From Candidatus Caccomorpha excrementavium (GTDB lineage: Bacteria; Bacillota; Clostridia; Lachnospirales; Lachnospiraceae), in NCBI GenBank assembly GCA_018714285.1, contig DVNP01000030.1:1-16545 (forward strand): 16,545 nt of DNA, written 5' to 3'. Positions 16,404-16,545 of the stretch are shown in pieces. Position 1 is the first letter of the stretch. Every line of letters starts with the position of its first letter. Position numbers and translations under genes: made by a program. The notes under the pieces are model-generated. The model was given only the letters and a program-made list of their open reading frames with translations. It was not told the DNA's origin and ran no database searches.

Positions 16404-16545
16404 TGTTGGCGATAAAGTCTGCTTAACAATTAACAACCAAATGGTTGGCGCTATTATTGCCGTTCTCCCCTCTGCTAATTCTGTAGTACGGTATCAAGTG
16501 TTCCATGATGCGAATAGCATTTCTACCTATTTCGAAAATCAGTTG
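16396..16545 (+). CDS. Small hypothetical protein, 5' part only (runs off the window). It is possibly DUF2187/YkvS-like.
   Basis: A strong SD GAGGAGGG lies 7 nt before ATG 16396. The ATG overlaps the HTH gene stop (ATGTTTAA), which suggests translational coupling. The pattern VGDKVCLTINNQMVGAIIAVLPSANSVVRYQV resembles small SH3/KOW-like proteins. I could not verify the family assignment. Confidence 0.45.
   Translation, partial: MFNVGDKVCLTINNQMVGAIIAVLPSANSVVRYQVFHDANSISTYFENQL

Noticed and set aside
1-16545. Search for CRISPR repeats, tRNA/rRNA genes, and retron-like or long direct repeats
   Set aside because: None was recognisable by eye. The only repeated sequences found are the IS terminal inverted repeats and the terminator palindromes.

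Overview
This 16.5-kb window looks like a Firmicutes (Clostridia-like) chromosome segment. It has strong AGGAGG-type Shine-Dalgarno sites, about 55% GC in the core genes, and is densely coding on both strands. Positions 1 to about 10.8 kb carry housekeeping-type genes. In order these are a xanthine-dehydrogenase-family molybdopterin subunit, a CyuA/YhaM-like L-cysteine desulfidase (UPF0597), mreB, a RecD2-type helicase, a sugar-phosphate nucleotidyltransferase-like protein and a stand-alone ComFC-like protein. Convergent to these, on the minus strand, sits a translationally coupled pair: an acyl-ACP thioesterase followed by a CvfB/YitL-like S1-domain protein. From about 10.9 kb the content turns accessory. 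First comes a compact SAM-methyltransferase, CPBP(Abi) intramembrane protease and GNAT acetyltransferase cluster, in which the GNAT gene is compositionally AT-shifted. A strong bidirectional terminator follows. Next is a monocistronic SPFH/Band-7 protein with a C-terminal tandem zinc ribbon. An ISL3-family insertion sequence of about 1.72 kb follows, with perfect 22-bp terminal inverted repeats, a 7/8 matching 8-bp target-site duplication and a transposase split by a +1 frameshift in an A8 homopolymer. The window ends with an AT-rich XRE-HTH regulator overlapping a small beta-barrel-like protein, probably the edge of a horizontally acquired module. I found no rRNA, tRNA or CRISPR array. The most interesting signals are the IS inserted exactly between the SPFH promoter and the divergent XRE gene, the MTase-CPBP-GNAT trio, and the AT-rich XRE plus small-protein pair.
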